In this document: positions 27,672 through 41,759 of the stretch, in pieces | How the letters are laid out: each line of letters begins with the position of its first letter | Position numbering within the stretch: the first letter of the stretch is position 1 | Origin: Octopus vulgaris | Lineage: Eukaryota | NCBI GenBank assembly: GCA_951406725.2 | Contig: OX597826.1 | Span: forward strand, 26,288,001-26,352,000 | Length of the DNA stretch: 64,000 nucleotides | Direction of reading: 5' to 3' | Translations under genes and position numbers: made by a program | The notes under the pieces: model-generated | The model's input: only the letters and a program-made list of their open reading frames with translations | Told to the model about the DNA's origin: nothing | Databases searched by the model: none

Positions 27672-28250
27672 CGGCGGCGAGCTGGCAGACACGTTAGCAC
27701 GTCAGGCGAAATGCTTAGCAGTATTTCGTCTGCCGCTACGTGCTGAGTTCAAATTCCGTCGACTTTGCCTTTCATCCTTTCGAGATCAATTAAATAAATA
27801 CCAGTTACGTACTGTGGTCGATATAATCGACTTAATCCGTGTGTCTGTCCTTGTTTGACCTCTCTGTGTTTAGCCACTTTTGGGTAGTAAAGAAATAGGT
27901 ATTTCGTCTGCCGCTATGTTCTGAGTTCAAATTCCGCCGAGGTCGACTTTGCCTTTCATGCTTTCGGGGTCGATAAATTAAGTACCAGTTACGCACTGGT
28001 GTCGATGTAATCGACTTAATCCGTGTGTTTGTCCTTGATTGTCCCTTCTGTGTTTAGCCCCTTGTGGGTAGTAAAGAAATAGGTATTTCGCATAACTTTA
28101 CGTTCGGGGTTCAAATTCAGCCGAGGCCGACTTTGCTTTTCATCCTTTCTGGGCCGATAAACTAAGCACCAGTTGCGTACTGGGATCGATTTAATCGACT
28201 GGCCCCCTCCCCAAAAGCGTTTCGGACTTTGTGCCTAGAGTAGAAGAGAA
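27672..28250 (+). mobile_element. SINE family A with three tandem internal units
   Basis: The ~180-190-bp unit ggtatttcg...gagttcaaattc...agtaccagtt...gtagtaaagaaata is repeated three times. Confidence 0.8.
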
Positions 28251-28958
28251 TATATGTTAAAGGTGTCTCATAGTATAAGATCGCCCAGGAAATTTCTTGT
28301 TGTTGTTCATTGTTGTTTAAGCTAAAGAATTGTAATTAGTATATAATTATGCGTCTTATCCTTTCGGGGATCCGATAAGCAGTTGTAATCCAGGGTGGTA
28401 AACTGGCAGAACTGTAAGAAATTGGATAGGATATCTAGTGGTATTTATTCCAACTGTTCATTCTATTATTCTTTTACTTGTTTCATCCACTGCCTTGAAG
28501 GGGTTTTAGTCGTACAACTCGACCCCAAGACTTATTTTTAAACCTAGTACTTATTCTATCGGTCTTTCTTTGCCGAACCGATACGTTACGGTGGCGTAAA
28601 CATACCAACCCCAGTTGTCAAGCGGTGATGGGGTGGGTACAAACACACACACATATATGTATACGACGGGCTTCGTTCAGTTTCCGTCTACGAAATCCAC
28701 TCACAAGGATTTAGTTGGCCCGAGGCTACAGTAGAAGACACTTACGCAAGATGCCACGCAATGGGACTGAACCGGGAACCATGTAATTCGGAAGCAAGCT
28801 TCTTACCACACAGCCACGCCTGACCAAATTTGGATTAATAGTGAGGTAGATTGTATACGTTGCCTGATTTAACACCGCCATCTGATATCTTAGGTACATT
28901 CAACTGAGTGTAAGGCTTCGTTCGTTCGTTCGTTCGTACCTTCTTTTCTTCCTTCCAG

Positions 28959-29015
28959 TAATATTGGATGTACTCTAACAAGTCGTGAGGAACTATCTTT
29001 CCTCCTGACTGAAAG
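28959..29015 (+). other. Candidate 57-nt host exon
   Basis: Pyrimidine tract cttcttttcttccttccAG and donor AAG|GTAAGA in non-repetitive DNA. Confidence 0.35.
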
Positions 29016-29516
29016 GTAAGAAAATAAAAAAAAAGAGCAAAAAAGAAAACAGATCGATCGACCGATACAAGTTTCCATCATGAGGTAAACTAGTCGAATT
29101 ATTGATTGGTATCAATAACGGTAATACTGGTGCAGTAATAAATTTAAACTAAAAGATACTTACAGCCAAAGCCCACATACAAACCCCTGAACACACATAA
29201 ACACGCATGCACACCGGCACACACACACACACGGGCAGAAACACACACATTCACGCGTTTTAAATTCTTGATTTTTGCATTGTTATGCATATGTTATATT
29301 TTTAATGAACGTAGGCGTTGTTTTATGTTTTGTTGTTGAATTATTACTGTATTGTTTAAAAAATTTTGTTAAAGGCGGCAGGGATGGTGGTGATCATATT
29401 AGCCCGTTCATGATGTCATCATGGTGGCTATTGTTGTTGATCATTACTCACGTGCAATTAGGAAGGTGTGCTTATATACACATTTAGCTGTGATTTCTAG
29501 ACGAGTGAGTGACGAT

Positions 29517-29535
29517 ATGGAGACTCCAGCCACAG
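29517..29535 (+). CDS. Candidate initial coding micro-exon (METPAT-, phase 1)
   Basis: tttctAG acceptor at 29499-29500; ATG GAG ACT CCA GCC ACA G|gtaaaa. Confidence 0.25.
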
Positions 29536-29988
29536 GTAAAATAATTGAAACGATTCAATTAATGAATATATGTTAATAATGAAGAAGGCGGCGAGCTGGC
29601 AGAAACGTTAACACGCCGGGCGAAATGCGTAGCCGTATTTCGTCTGCCGTTACGCTCTGAGTTCAAATTCCGCCGAGGTCGACTTTGCCCCTCATCCTTT
29701 CTGGGTTGATTAAATAAGTACCAGTTACGCACTGAGGTCGATGTAATCGACTTACTCCCTTTGTCTGTCCTTGTTTGTCCTCTCTGTGTTTAGCCCCTTG
29801 TGGGTAGTAAAGAAAAAGAAATAGGTATTTCGTCTGCTGTTACATTCTGAGTTCAAATTCAACCGAGGTCGACTTTGCCTTTCATCCTTTCTGGGTCGAT
29901 TAAATGAGTACCAGTTACACACCGGAGTCGATGTAATTGACGTAATCCCTTCCCCCGAATTTGAGGCCTCGTGTATCCAGTAAAAAGG

Positions 29989-30050
<62 letters not shown>

Positions 30051-31261
30051 CATCATTATTCAGGCGGCGAATAGGCAGAACCGTTAGCACGCCAGGTTCT
30101 TCCCGGTTTTACGCTCTGTGTTCTAATCCCACCGAGATCAACTTTAATTTTCATCCTCCCAGTGTCGATAAAATAATGTGCCAGTCAAGTTTTTGTGTCG
30201 ATGAAACCGAGTAAACATGTCCCCTGGATTTGTGATCCTTGTTTCGAAATTTGAAACCGTTCTTGCATCCTGAGTTCAAATTCCGCCGAGGTCGACTTTG
30301 ACATTTTTACCCCTTTCGGAGTCGATAAAGCAAACACTTATTAAGTACTAGAGTCAAAGTAATCAATTATAACCTCAACGTGATATATGTATATACGATG
30401 GGATTCTATACAGTTTCCATTTGCCAAATTCACTCTGAAGTCGGTGGTAGTGAGAAGACACTTGCGGGAGTTGCTGCGTAGTGGACTGAACCTGAATTCT
30501 TGTAATTGCAAAGTGAGCTCGTTAACCCCACAGCCACGCATGCGCCTCCACATAGCTGTTAACATAATATACGAAGAACAATGAAGTTACGTCACACGCT
30601 CTAAATTTGTGTATTTTCCATTTTATTCAATTTCATCGTCTTAGTTTTTTTTTACTTTATATTTCATACTCTTATATTTTTTGAAATATTTAATTTATTT
30701 TAATTATATTCCAGAATAAATGAATTCAATTTATTCCAATGTTATTCAAATAATATTATATTCGGGTCCATGTTCTGTTCTATTATATTTTTTATTCTAA
30801 TTCTATAATGTTTATTCCATACAAATTTTGCAATTTTCCCTTTTTACTAATTCTATTCTAATCCATTGTAATCTGGTTTAAATCTATCGTATGCTATAGA
30901 ATGCTATTGTAATTTATATTGGATATTTATTAATTTGAGTCGACACTATGTTCAATTCACAAGAAGCTATGATGATCTGGCTTGATTAGACATTGTACTT
31001 CATTTCTTGGAGGTCCATAAAACACATAAAGTACGGCGATCAATTGTATGAATCGAATATAAAAAATGAATTGTCATGATTAAAAACAAAATCACAAACG
31101 GGGGCATACTTCTATTTTTGCCTTCCGAAAAGGAAGCAAAGGTTTCAGTAGAATTTCTGTGGTTTAGATTTTAGTATTGGTTTTACAGTTTCAAATTCAT
31201 TTAATACGAAATTCTAATAATAATAATAATAATAATGATAATAATAATAATAATAATAATA

Positions 31262-31305
<44 letters not shown>

Positions 31306-31339
31306 AATAATGAAAATAATAATAATGGTAATGATGATG

Positions 31340-31370
<31 letters not shown>

Positions 31371-31457
31371 TGATAATAATAATAATAATGATGATAATAA
31401 TAATAATAATGATGATAATAATAATAATAATAATAATAATGATGATGATGATGAATA

Positions 31458-32005
31458 GCCCTGATGCAGTACCAAGTAGTGGCGGTCATGGCTTCTGATC
31501 TTAACTGATTGGAAGTGTTATCATCTACATTGTTTTGTCTTGGTATAAAAGACGGGCTACAGCAAATATTCTGCTCAATTCGACAGATTTTCTTGTCAGT
31601 TCTTTGACCTTAACCAGTTGAGCATGTCCCTTAGTGGCTGACGATATGTGCATCTCTGATCACGAGCAGAAGTAGTGGGGGAGAATCATACACATGTGTT
31701 GAGATGGATTCTTTGGGGTTTGAATAATTCACCTCTAGAAACATGGGTGGTTCTTTCAACATCCTTAAACAACCCTTATTCTGGGACCTTTTGAGCGGGA
31801 TGGGCTACTCGACCAGAAGAAAATTCTGACTGGGTCCCACCTGCAAGATCAGGCGCTGTTTATCTTGATATGAAATCACCATGTCGCGCACATATGGTTG
31901 TGATGCATGTGCATGGTGTACCCTTATCAGACAGGTAGTCATGATGGGTATACTGGGCTTCGTATATTTTACCCCAGTGTCACTTTGAGGGCATGAACTG
32001 CTCTC

Positions 32006-32010
<5 letters not shown>
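31458..32010 (+). mobile_element. Family T element, full length
   Basis: Starts gccctgatgcagtacca after (AAT/GAT)n; ends ctgctctctcaatc then (AATC)n(AAT)n. Confidence 0.88.
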
Positions 32011-32080
<70 letters not shown>

Positions 32081-32097
32081 TAATAATAATAATGATG

Positions 32098-32133
<36 letters not shown>

Positions 32134-32620
32134 GTACATTGTTTTGTCTTGGTATAAAAGATGGGCTACAGCAAATATTCTGCTCAATACCACAGAGTTG
32201 CTTGTCAGTTGTTTGGCCTTAACCAGTTGAGCATGTCCCTTAGTGGCTGACGATATGTGCATCTCTGATAACGAGCAGAAGTAGTGGGGGAGCATCATGG
32301 CCATGTGTTGAGAGGGATTCTTTGGGGTTTGAATAATTCACCTCTGGAGTCATAGGTGTTTCGTTCAACATCCTAAAGCAACCCTTAATCAGGGACCTTT
32401 TGAGCAGGATGGGCTACTCAACCTGAAGAAAATTCTAACTGGGCCCCACCTGCAATGTCATGTGCTGTTTATCTTGATATGAGATCACCATGTCGCGCAC
32501 ATATGGTTGTGATGCATGTGCCTGGTGTACCTTTATCAGACGGGTAGTCATGATGGGTATATTGGGCTTCCTATATTTTACCCCAGTGTTACTTTGATGG
32601 CATGAACTGCTCTCTCACTC
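32134..32620 (+). mobile_element. Family T element, 5'-truncated
   Basis: Tandem with the previous copy, separated by (AAT)n. Confidence 0.88.
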
Positions 32621-32652
<32 letters not shown>

Positions 32653-32654
<2 letters not shown>

Positions 32655-33075
32655 TGACCATGAGATAGAGAATAGGAAATCAGACATAGTCTTAATTGAG
32701 AAAGAAAACAAACTATGCTGGATCATAGATATAGCATGCCCAGCAGACAACAAGGTATGCGATAAGGAAGAAAGAAAAGTCGAGAGATATGACAGGTTAG
32801 CTTGAGAAGTTAAGCAGTTGTGGCCGATGGAAAAGGTAGCAGGAGTACCAATAATTGTCGGATCCCTGAGAACAGTGAACAAAAATCTCGAGAAGTACGT
32901 GGAACGAATAGGGGCTGCAATAGTGGTGGAGCAGTTCAGAAAACAGCACTGCTTGGAACCGCTCGAATACTCCGGAAGGGGCTCGAAAAATAAGAGGTGT
33001 TACCTTAGTTCACTAGTAGTGAAGAACAGACACTGTAGTACATCTCCAGTGATAGAAGCTGCGCAAAGGCAATGA
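32653..33075 (+). mobile_element. R4/Dong-type LINE 3' fragment (RLE domain and 3' UTR)
   Basis: DHEIENRKSDIVLIEKENKLCWIIDIACPAD...EERKVERYDRLA*EVKQLW...VPIIVGSL; (AAT)n on both sides. Confidence 0.85.
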
Positions 33076-33097
33076 TATAATAATAATAATAACAATA

Positions 33098-33135
<38 letters not shown>

Positions 33136-33160
33136 GACGACGAAGATGACGACGACGACG

Positions 33161-33192
<32 letters not shown>

Positions 33193-33193
33193 A

Positions 33194-33435
33194 GCCCTGA
33201 TGCAGTACCAGTCAGTGGCTCTCGCTGCTTCTGATCTTAACTGATTGGAACTGTTATCTGCATTGTTTTGTCTTGGTGTAAAAGATGGGCTACAGCAAAT
33301 ATTTTGCTCAATACCACATGTTTCATTGTTAGTTGTTTGACCTTAACCAGCTGAGCATGTCCCTTTGTGGCTGACGATATGTGCATCTCTGATCACGATC
33401 AGAAGTAGTGGGGGAGCATCATAGCCGTGTATTAT
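33194..33435 (+). mobile_element. Family T element, 5' half
   Basis: Starts gccctgatgcagtacca after (AAC/AAT)n. Confidence 0.8.
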
Positions 33436-33584
33436 TCGAGAGAATTCGGTGGCTTTTTCTGAAGGTCAAGAAACATGAAATTTGGCTGCTACGTTTAGCA
33501 AATCCATTAAGATTCCAAGCTTCTTATAGAGGATACTCCAAGGTCAGAGTTATCATTATTAGTGTATGTATGTATGTATGTATG

Positions 33585-33616
<32 letters not shown>

Positions 33617-33865
33617 CATACATATATATATGTGTGTGTATAAATAAATATACGTATATATATGTATACAAATGTATATATATATATATATATATATATT
33701 TACTTTTTTACATGTTTCAGTAATTTGACTGCGGCCATGCTGAAGCATCGCCTTTAGTCGGAAAAATCTACTTCAGGACTTATTCTTTGTAAGCCTGGTA
33801 CTTATTCCATCGGTTTCTTTTGCGAACCGTTGAGTTATGGGGACATAAACACACCAACATCGTTT

Positions 33866-34088
33866 CTGAAGTGATGTTGGTGGAGACAAACACAGACACT
33901 CAAACATGTGCACACGCGCACACAGACACACATATTTATATGACAGGATTCCTTTCAGTTTCCATCTAACAAATCTACACTGAAGGAACCAGGCAGTGGG
34001 ACTGAACCCGGAACCATGTGGTTGGTAAGCGAGCTTCTTACCACAGAGCCACTCCTGAGTGTGTGTGTGTGTGTGTGTGTGGTGTGTA

Positions 34089-34180
<92 letters not shown>

Positions 34181-34366
34181 AGTGGCTCTGTGGTAAGAAG
34201 CGCGCTTACCAACCACATGGTTCCAGGTTCAGTCCCACTGCCTGGTACCTTCAGTGTAGATTTGGTAGATGGAAACTGAAAGAAGCCTGTCATATAAATA
34301 TGTGTGTGTGTGTGCGCGTGCGCACATGTTTGAGTGTCTGTGTTTGTCTCCACCAACATCATTTCA
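33866..34366. repeat. Fold-back duplication of a family B SINE head around (GT)n(AT)n(AC)n
   Basis: 33866-34056 and 34178-34366 are reverse complements and share the same internal deletion. Confidence 0.8.
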
Positions 34367-35029
34367 TATATACATATGATCTCTACGGCGTGTCTGTTTC
34401 GAACTCAAAATCTTTATCGACAACACTTTCTTAGAATTTCTTATGTCAGCACTTTTCTGTTTGAATTCTTAAATCATTAGCTTTTATTTTCAGTCGGAAA
34501 GCCAAGCAAATAATATATTTCATAATAGGTCGACACAAAGAGCAGAAATTGCAAATAGAGGCTTCGGGCATTTTATTCCTCTTTACATCATGCACACTCG
34601 GATTTAGCTTTTGGATGCAATTAACGTACTGCAGCTGGTGCATTTAAAGTAATGGGATGTGGCAAAACCAAGCTGGATGAAAAACTGGAGCCGTAGTGGT
34701 ATTACTATGATGGTTATATTTTTTACCACTAGCTCACGCGCACGCACAAACACACATGTACAGTCATACAAACACACTGACAGGCATGGAGAGACACACT
34801 GTTGGTATGGTGACTCATTGAAGTAAGTGACATGAACCACAGTTGTATGTCAAATAACAAGAGTTTAGCGACGACAGTTAGTTAAACAGCTGAGTCTTGT
34901 TGTCATCGTAGTATATCTGCGCAAGGGTATTTAAAGATAAAATAAATAACACACACCTATAGTCATCCTTACATGGACATGCAAATACACACACCGCATA
35001 TACGCATATGTGCATGGACACCGACACAC

Positions 35030-35072
<43 letters not shown>

Positions 35073-35120
35073 TATACACATATATATATATGCGTATTCA
35101 CACGTATACTATACATACAA

Positions 35121-35165
<45 letters not shown>

Positions 35166-36135
35166 CATATATACATATTTATATATATATATATATATTG
35201 GTAGATATATATCCATATATATATATATGTGTGTGTGTTTGTGTGTATATATATTCTATATTTACACATACATATATATCTGTTTATATATATCTTTATC
35301 GCTGTCTATCTATATTTATATCTATATACATGTAAATAAATATACATATGTATTATTTATATATTTATATATGCGCGTGTATACACATACACACACACAC
35401 ACGCATATATATATATATATGTATACACACACACATGCATGTATGCGTGGATACTCACATATATGCATACAAAGATGTCTAGTTTTGTTGTCCACACCCA
35501 CTTAACCGTATGTATATATATATTTTTATGTAATTATATATGCATACTATGTTACTAATATTTATTTTGTTGTCTCCATGAAATACTTTTTGTTGCATCT
35601 AAATATTAGTTTCACTAGAAATGTAGTTTCCTATGTACGTATCGGTTACTTTCCTATGCAGTAGAATTCGACATCAAATGTGGATATCTTAAATTTTTGC
35701 TTCCACTTGTTAGGTATGACATATGTTCATATACGCATGTTCCTGAAATCTCATTCCGCCATTTCTCACATATGAATTAGAGATCTGGTAATGATGACTC
35801 TTGTATGTATTTTCCATTCGCTGTGGTATATTTGACGAGAATAATCTAATCGTTTTTGTATTTTCTCATCAGGGAACATCTCTCGTAGGGGTGGCTGTGT
35901 GGTAAGTAGCATGCTTCCCAACTACATGATTCCGGGTTCAGTCCCACTGCGTGGCACCTTGAGTAAGTGTCTTCTACTATAGCCTCGGGCCGACCAAAGC
36001 TTTGTGAGTGGATTTGGAAGATGGAAACTGAAAGAAGCCTGTCGTATATATATATATATGTATGTACTATGGACTCCGTGTGGGCAGTCATCTAAGAGTT
36101 TTTGTTCATCTTGATGCTGACATAATTTCCTTGTT

Positions 36136-36188
36136 TTTCCTGATGAGAAGGCGGCATAATGCACCCCTTATTCCTTCGAAATTAGGAA
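36136..36188 (+). ncRNA. Hammerhead-like motif with canonical core and almost no stem III
   Basis: tttc|CTGATGA|gaagg...ccttc|GAAA|t|TA|ggaa, inside a ~350-bp insert in the (AT)n of a family B SINE. Confidence 0.5.
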
Positions 36189-37639
36189 TATGCAGCCTTT
36201 GAAACATATGTCGAGAATAAAGGAATTTTGTTAAATCGTCGTTCAACTCCATTCTTTCATTTATTTGTATTAAAAAAAAACACACAAATTTCCACACGAA
36301 AGCACGTGATCTCTGCCCTTGGCATGTAGCTTCAACCGTGTTTCCCTGACGTGAATTTGCTACCCAGGTATCGGTTAACCGAATTATCCATACTAAGATA
36401 ATTCATTCAACTACTTAAATATATATATGTATGTATATGTGTGTGTGTGCATGTATATGTTTGTGTGTTTACGTCCCCGTCACTTAGCGGTTCGGCAAGA
36501 GAGACCGATAGAATAAGTACTAAGATTACAACGAATAAGTCCTGGGGTCGATTTGCCCGACTAGAGGTGGTGCTCCAGCATGGCCACAGTCAAATGACTG
36601 TAATGACGGAAACAAATAAAAGAAAAAAAAATGAAAAAAGAAAAATGAGTATTTATTATGAACACAATTCAATGAGGAAAGGGAACTTTAAAACCCTGCG
36701 ATGTTTCAAACCCTATTGTGTGCCTTCATGGAAACCAGTACATCACCAATTAATCTAAAAAAAATACAGGCAATTGCTTATAGAAATCAGCAAACAAATT
36801 ATTTGATGATACATGTTGTGGTCTGCGAAAACAATACTAATATTAAAGGTGCAGACTGCAGTCTTATAAATTCTCCTTACACTAGTTAATCTTGTATGTC
36901 ATGAGGAGATGTTCTGTGATGATGAAAAGCAACAGCGATCAGATATATATGTTGAAACCGGCCTGTACCTATTAAGAATGGATATGTTATTGTTTTCATA
37001 TCTACTGTTCTGTGTGCGCCTGATGAATTTAGTTTTGTTATTTTCCTCGATATGCAAGTTGCATATCTGAAACTGGTAAAATTATGTAGGGGGTGTAAAT
37101 TTTGATCTTGCACCACCTGGAAATTCCAAGGGGTGCAAGGGGTGCAGGTGCACCCGCTGCACCCCCTGTTCCTGGGCCCTTGTATGCAACACATATAAAC
37201 AAACCTAAGTTGGGGCTCAACAATAACAACAGCTTCAACAACAGCAACATGAACAAGGATATACAAGAAATTACTAATATCTCTATTGCTTTCTCATCTC
37301 AGAATCAAAGCTAGAAATTTCAAATAGTTACCAGTTTTCAGTGAGCAATAATTGAACATAAAATTGTTTCTCATTCTCCTTGTTTTCTTTAGAAATTCAG
37401 CGGTATTTGTAATTTAATGACTTACCCTATAATTTTCAACTGATGAATTAATATTTCACGTTGGGTTAATGCTGTCTTGTCGAATTGGAATTTGATTCCA
37501 TTTTGCTCTTCACTGCGTTAAGTATTTGGATTAAAGCTTAACGTGTCATGGTTTAAGCAACGTGTCGAGCTATTTACAGAAACCACAGGACAGCGATATT
37601 GGTGGGTACAATATTTCATAACACAAAATACATAGAGAT

Positions 37640-37915
37640 TAATGCCGGAATGTTTAACATTTATGATGTATATCGAAAGGTGGAACGGTAATAGCTGTGA
37701 TAATTTTTCTTAGAGAAACATCTCAAAGAATAATGTATGTTGAAACCACAATGCTTTTCAAAGAGCGCCGCTGGATTGTCATATACGGTGTTTTGACGTG
37801 AAACCTCCTTGTATTTAACACACAAGTCTCCTTCGGATGTTTCTCTGAGACGAAATATTACAGTTAATACCGTTCCACATTTGTATGCACATTATAAATG
37901 TACATGCCAGCATTT
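37640..37915. repeat. Old imperfect palindrome
   Basis: aatgccggaatg..catttatgatgt..gtggaacggtaatagctgtgata..ttagagaaacatc pairs with gatgtttctctgag..tattacagttaataccgttccac..acattataaatg..catgccagcatt. Confidence 0.65.
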
Positions 37916-39264
37916 TAGGCTGTTTCAGGTACACATATATCAATTAATTCTACCCTCATTAAATTTCACGCAAAACAACAGATGATTTATTTATGATTTC
38001 GGTTTAGTCCAAAACGTCCGGGTTCTCATAACTGAAGAGACTAACTCAGATCAAAACAACCTGTCTGGTAAACAACTGGTGGTTTGAAGTGTGGTTTCAA
38101 TACACAAAACTCTTAGATAAACTATTACAGTTAATCGGTATGAAGTTGCTATACAAACAATAATTGTTATATTGAATAGGATTTTAACCTAACTTTGTTC
38201 CAAGTTCATATGTTAACTTGAATGAAATTAATACTGATTATGCAAACATATATAAGAAAATAATATAGTTTGTATACTAAAGATTATAATAATGATTAGA
38301 AAAAATCTTAACAAGACTTATGCAAAGTGATAGTATGTCGTCAATTTGATAGTCAACGTGATAGTCCCATGAAAGGGAAGAACGTTACTGTTATTTAGCC
38401 CTAGGAAACACCGTTTCCTGTTGGGCTTGACACATTTCCTGTGTCCTTATGTTTTCAAATTGGAGACAAACACCTCCAACCAGCAAAGCCAGCATCCAGT
38501 GACTGCTCATCATCAGTCTGGAGTAGCATGGCTTACTAGCTGTCGATGCCTACCCGCCTTCAAAATGTCTTCAGTTATTCATCATGTGTAGTGTAGTGTA
38601 TATTCCCAAAGATACACATAAAGGTACTTAACAAAATTATTTCTTTCAAATATGGACTTCTTGCAGTAAAATTAGTTAATTAATTCTATAAAATAATTTT
38701 AAATATACTTAGCATAAAAATCTAGACTTATGTGCCCCGCCCTAAACAATCTCTTTCATAGAGAAATATTATGCTGCGCTGGAAAAAAACGGTTATTGAA
38801 TTAATTTACTTCAGGCTGATATAAAAATAGAAAATGAAGGGTAAAACAGATAAATTTTCAACGCATAGATTAACGCATTTCATTTGTCAAATGTAACCCA
38901 CGGAGTGCCGGCAGAATGAATGTCGCTTTTGCATAAGTAAATTTACATCTCAGCGCTGTTGCATGTATTGTGATGTTACGATATTTCGTACATTTGACAC
39001 AATCTAATAGACAGAAATGAATAATAAATAAATAATATGTGATGGATGATGTAATACAAGTAATGTAATCCACGACAGGAAATATAAGAAATAATGCATA
39101 TATATTTGCTTAATCACTATTTGAGCGGAGAGGCGCATTGGAATCGTGTTGAGCTTCTAACCTAGATGTCCAATGATCAAAACTAAGCTCCGCTAACAAA
39201 TGCATGCTACCTTTGATATTTAAACAGACCAACTGTGTTTATAATTATACAAATCATAAACATG

Positions 39265-39306
<42 letters not shown>

Positions 39307-40084
39307 ATGGTATATAAACTTATAAAGAGTCACGGAGTCACAAACTAACCAAGGTACACGAAAACCCAAGTAGCAGGTTGTGGTGGGAGACAACAACTAC
39401 ATGGCTTTTCACTTAGAATATAAAAATTCACGTACGTGGATACATAGGAAACATTTCTTTGATACGCTGGTAGCTAAGATAAAAAATTAAAGTAAATATA
39501 TTGAAGTATATATTTGAATATATATCATAGAGAAATATCTTCACTCATAGAAGGGCACAAACCAAGATATGTTCTTTGACTTATTCGTAATCAAAATACT
39601 ATTAACATATATATTAAAATCTTGATCAGATAACCCTTGTTTCTTGGCTCAACAACTGGGGTGGATTACATCAGTTATATGTTTACTCCAAATTTATGAC
39701 CTCTTGCCTACATTAGAAATAAATATGATACGAACCTGAAGAACAGCGCTGATCCGAATCTGCCCAATTGCGGATGATTAGTTACGTCTTTTTACGTTCT
39801 GTGTTTGAACTGTTCCTGGTTCGATTTCAATTTCAACCTTCTACAACTTGTTAAAATGTATATAGTCGAGTTTTACCTTGCTTCGCCTTCGTCGCTCAAA
39901 GTTCTGTTTTGACGAACCATATCCTCCAGTCCTGATCACATCCGATTTAAGTTATACATACACACATACATACATACATACATACATACATACATACATA
40001 CATACATACATACATACATACATACATACATGCATACATGCATGCATACATACATACATACATACATACATACATACATAGTCA

Positions 40085-41205
40085 TAATATATGTTTCTAT
40101 ATGGTTGTGAAAAGAGGGAAAACTAAACCAGACTAGCAACATCTCCAACAACGACTTAACTGTTTCCCGTATATCTGATGAGGAATGTTACAGGTATCTA
40201 GGGTGGATGAAAACATATCTTACAATGACACTTGTAACAAAGCATGTGTCACTAAAGAATAGTATAGCCAAATAAAATAAATTTGGACTTAAATAAAATA
40301 GTGGCCCACAATGTGTTTGTTTACAGTGCCAGTACGCATGCCAACATTTGGGCTGCTTGATTGGACTCTTGATGAAATCCGAGCCATTGGTGGGAGAACC
40401 CGGAAAATACTAACAAGCACACAATTTCCACATCAACAGTGACGTAGATCGTCCCTACCTAAAACAAAAAACAAGGTGGCAGAGGCCTAACATCGATCCA
40501 AACTGTCTTTGAATATTGTATCTCATCTTTTCGGCAATATCTTTTAACCACCAAGAGTCAAAGTGTATCCTTTAACCAAGTTTGCATGAATGAGGCTGAT
40601 AACATCATAAGACTTGGAAGGCAGCTCCTTGGCAACATTCCTTGTCTGACAACCTTAAATACTCACCTAAAGAAATCGCATGAATCTACAGCAATATATC
40701 ATCAGATGAAAGAATGAGCATATATAAGCAGAAGACTATGCATGGATATCCTAGTAGAACTCTCTAGTAGAAGGGTATGCATTTGCAATCCAAGAACAGG
40801 AAATATGAACCAAATGCCTGATGCAGAAAAGGGCTAGAGATGCAGGAAAAACAGTAAAATGTGACATCCGATGAAGATTTTGTGGAGTTAACCCCGAAGA
40901 TATCACCCACATCATAAGTAGTTGTCCGAAAATGTCATCATTGTATTATCTACCGTTGAGACACAGTGTTGTAGCTGGGATACTGTATAAAGAGAACCGT
41001 CGATAGGATAACCCCGAGGACAGCCATAGCCACACGTAATAAAAAGAAATACTGGTGGACTGTCCCAGTGAAAACCTCAATAAAATGTAAACATAATAGA
41101 GCTGATGTAAGGAAAGTGAAGCCGCGTACATTTGTGGAAATCAGCTGCCCAGCTGAGGTTGATATAAAGCTGAAGATTATTGAAAAGGGAATACCTACAC
41201 TGACT
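40085..41205 (+). mobile_element. Degenerate R4/Dong-type LINE fragment (RT C-terminus, zinc knuckle, RLE)
   Basis: YRYLG, NSDVDRPYL..QGGRGLTSI, MHGY, FAIQEQEI, CGVNPEDITHIISSCPKMS..YYLPLRH and FVEISCPA motifs with many stops and frameshifts. Confidence 0.75.
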
Positions 41206-41443
41206 ATACATATCTTGTCTTTTATCTATTACTGGCTTCTATCATTAGATTACGGTCACGCTGGAGCACCGCTTTACTACTTTGAAAGATTTTAGTGGAA
41301 GAATTAGACATAAGTACTTATTTTATTTTTTAAAGCCTGGTATCTATGGTATCAGTTTCTTTTTGCCGAATCACTATATTACAGGGGTCTAAGCACACCA
41401 AATTCAGTTGTCAAACGGTGGTGGAGGACAGAAAAAAGACTCG

Positions 41444-41515
<72 letters not shown>

Positions 41516-41688
41516 CATACACACATACATATATCAAATACAAACTTGAAAGAGCTGCCAATAGTTTTATGCTGTTATGATACTTGAACAGGCATATTTA
41601 TGTATCTTAAAACCATCTTTCAGGCTCAGTTTATAGGTTATATATAATTTGTTTCTATATATGTGCCTGTGTACGTATGTGTGTACAT

Positions 41689-41759
<71 letters not shown>

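Noticed and set aside
31458-32010. HDV-like or hammerhead ribozyme inside family T
   Set aside because: CTGACGA/CTGAAGA-like words and a gccctga/tcaggga pairing exist in the consensus, but I could not assemble a full fold by eye.
37085-37185. GC-rich gggtgca repeats with short ORFs on both strands
   Set aside because: Most likely one end of a non-autonomous DNA transposon; no partner end or coding evidence.
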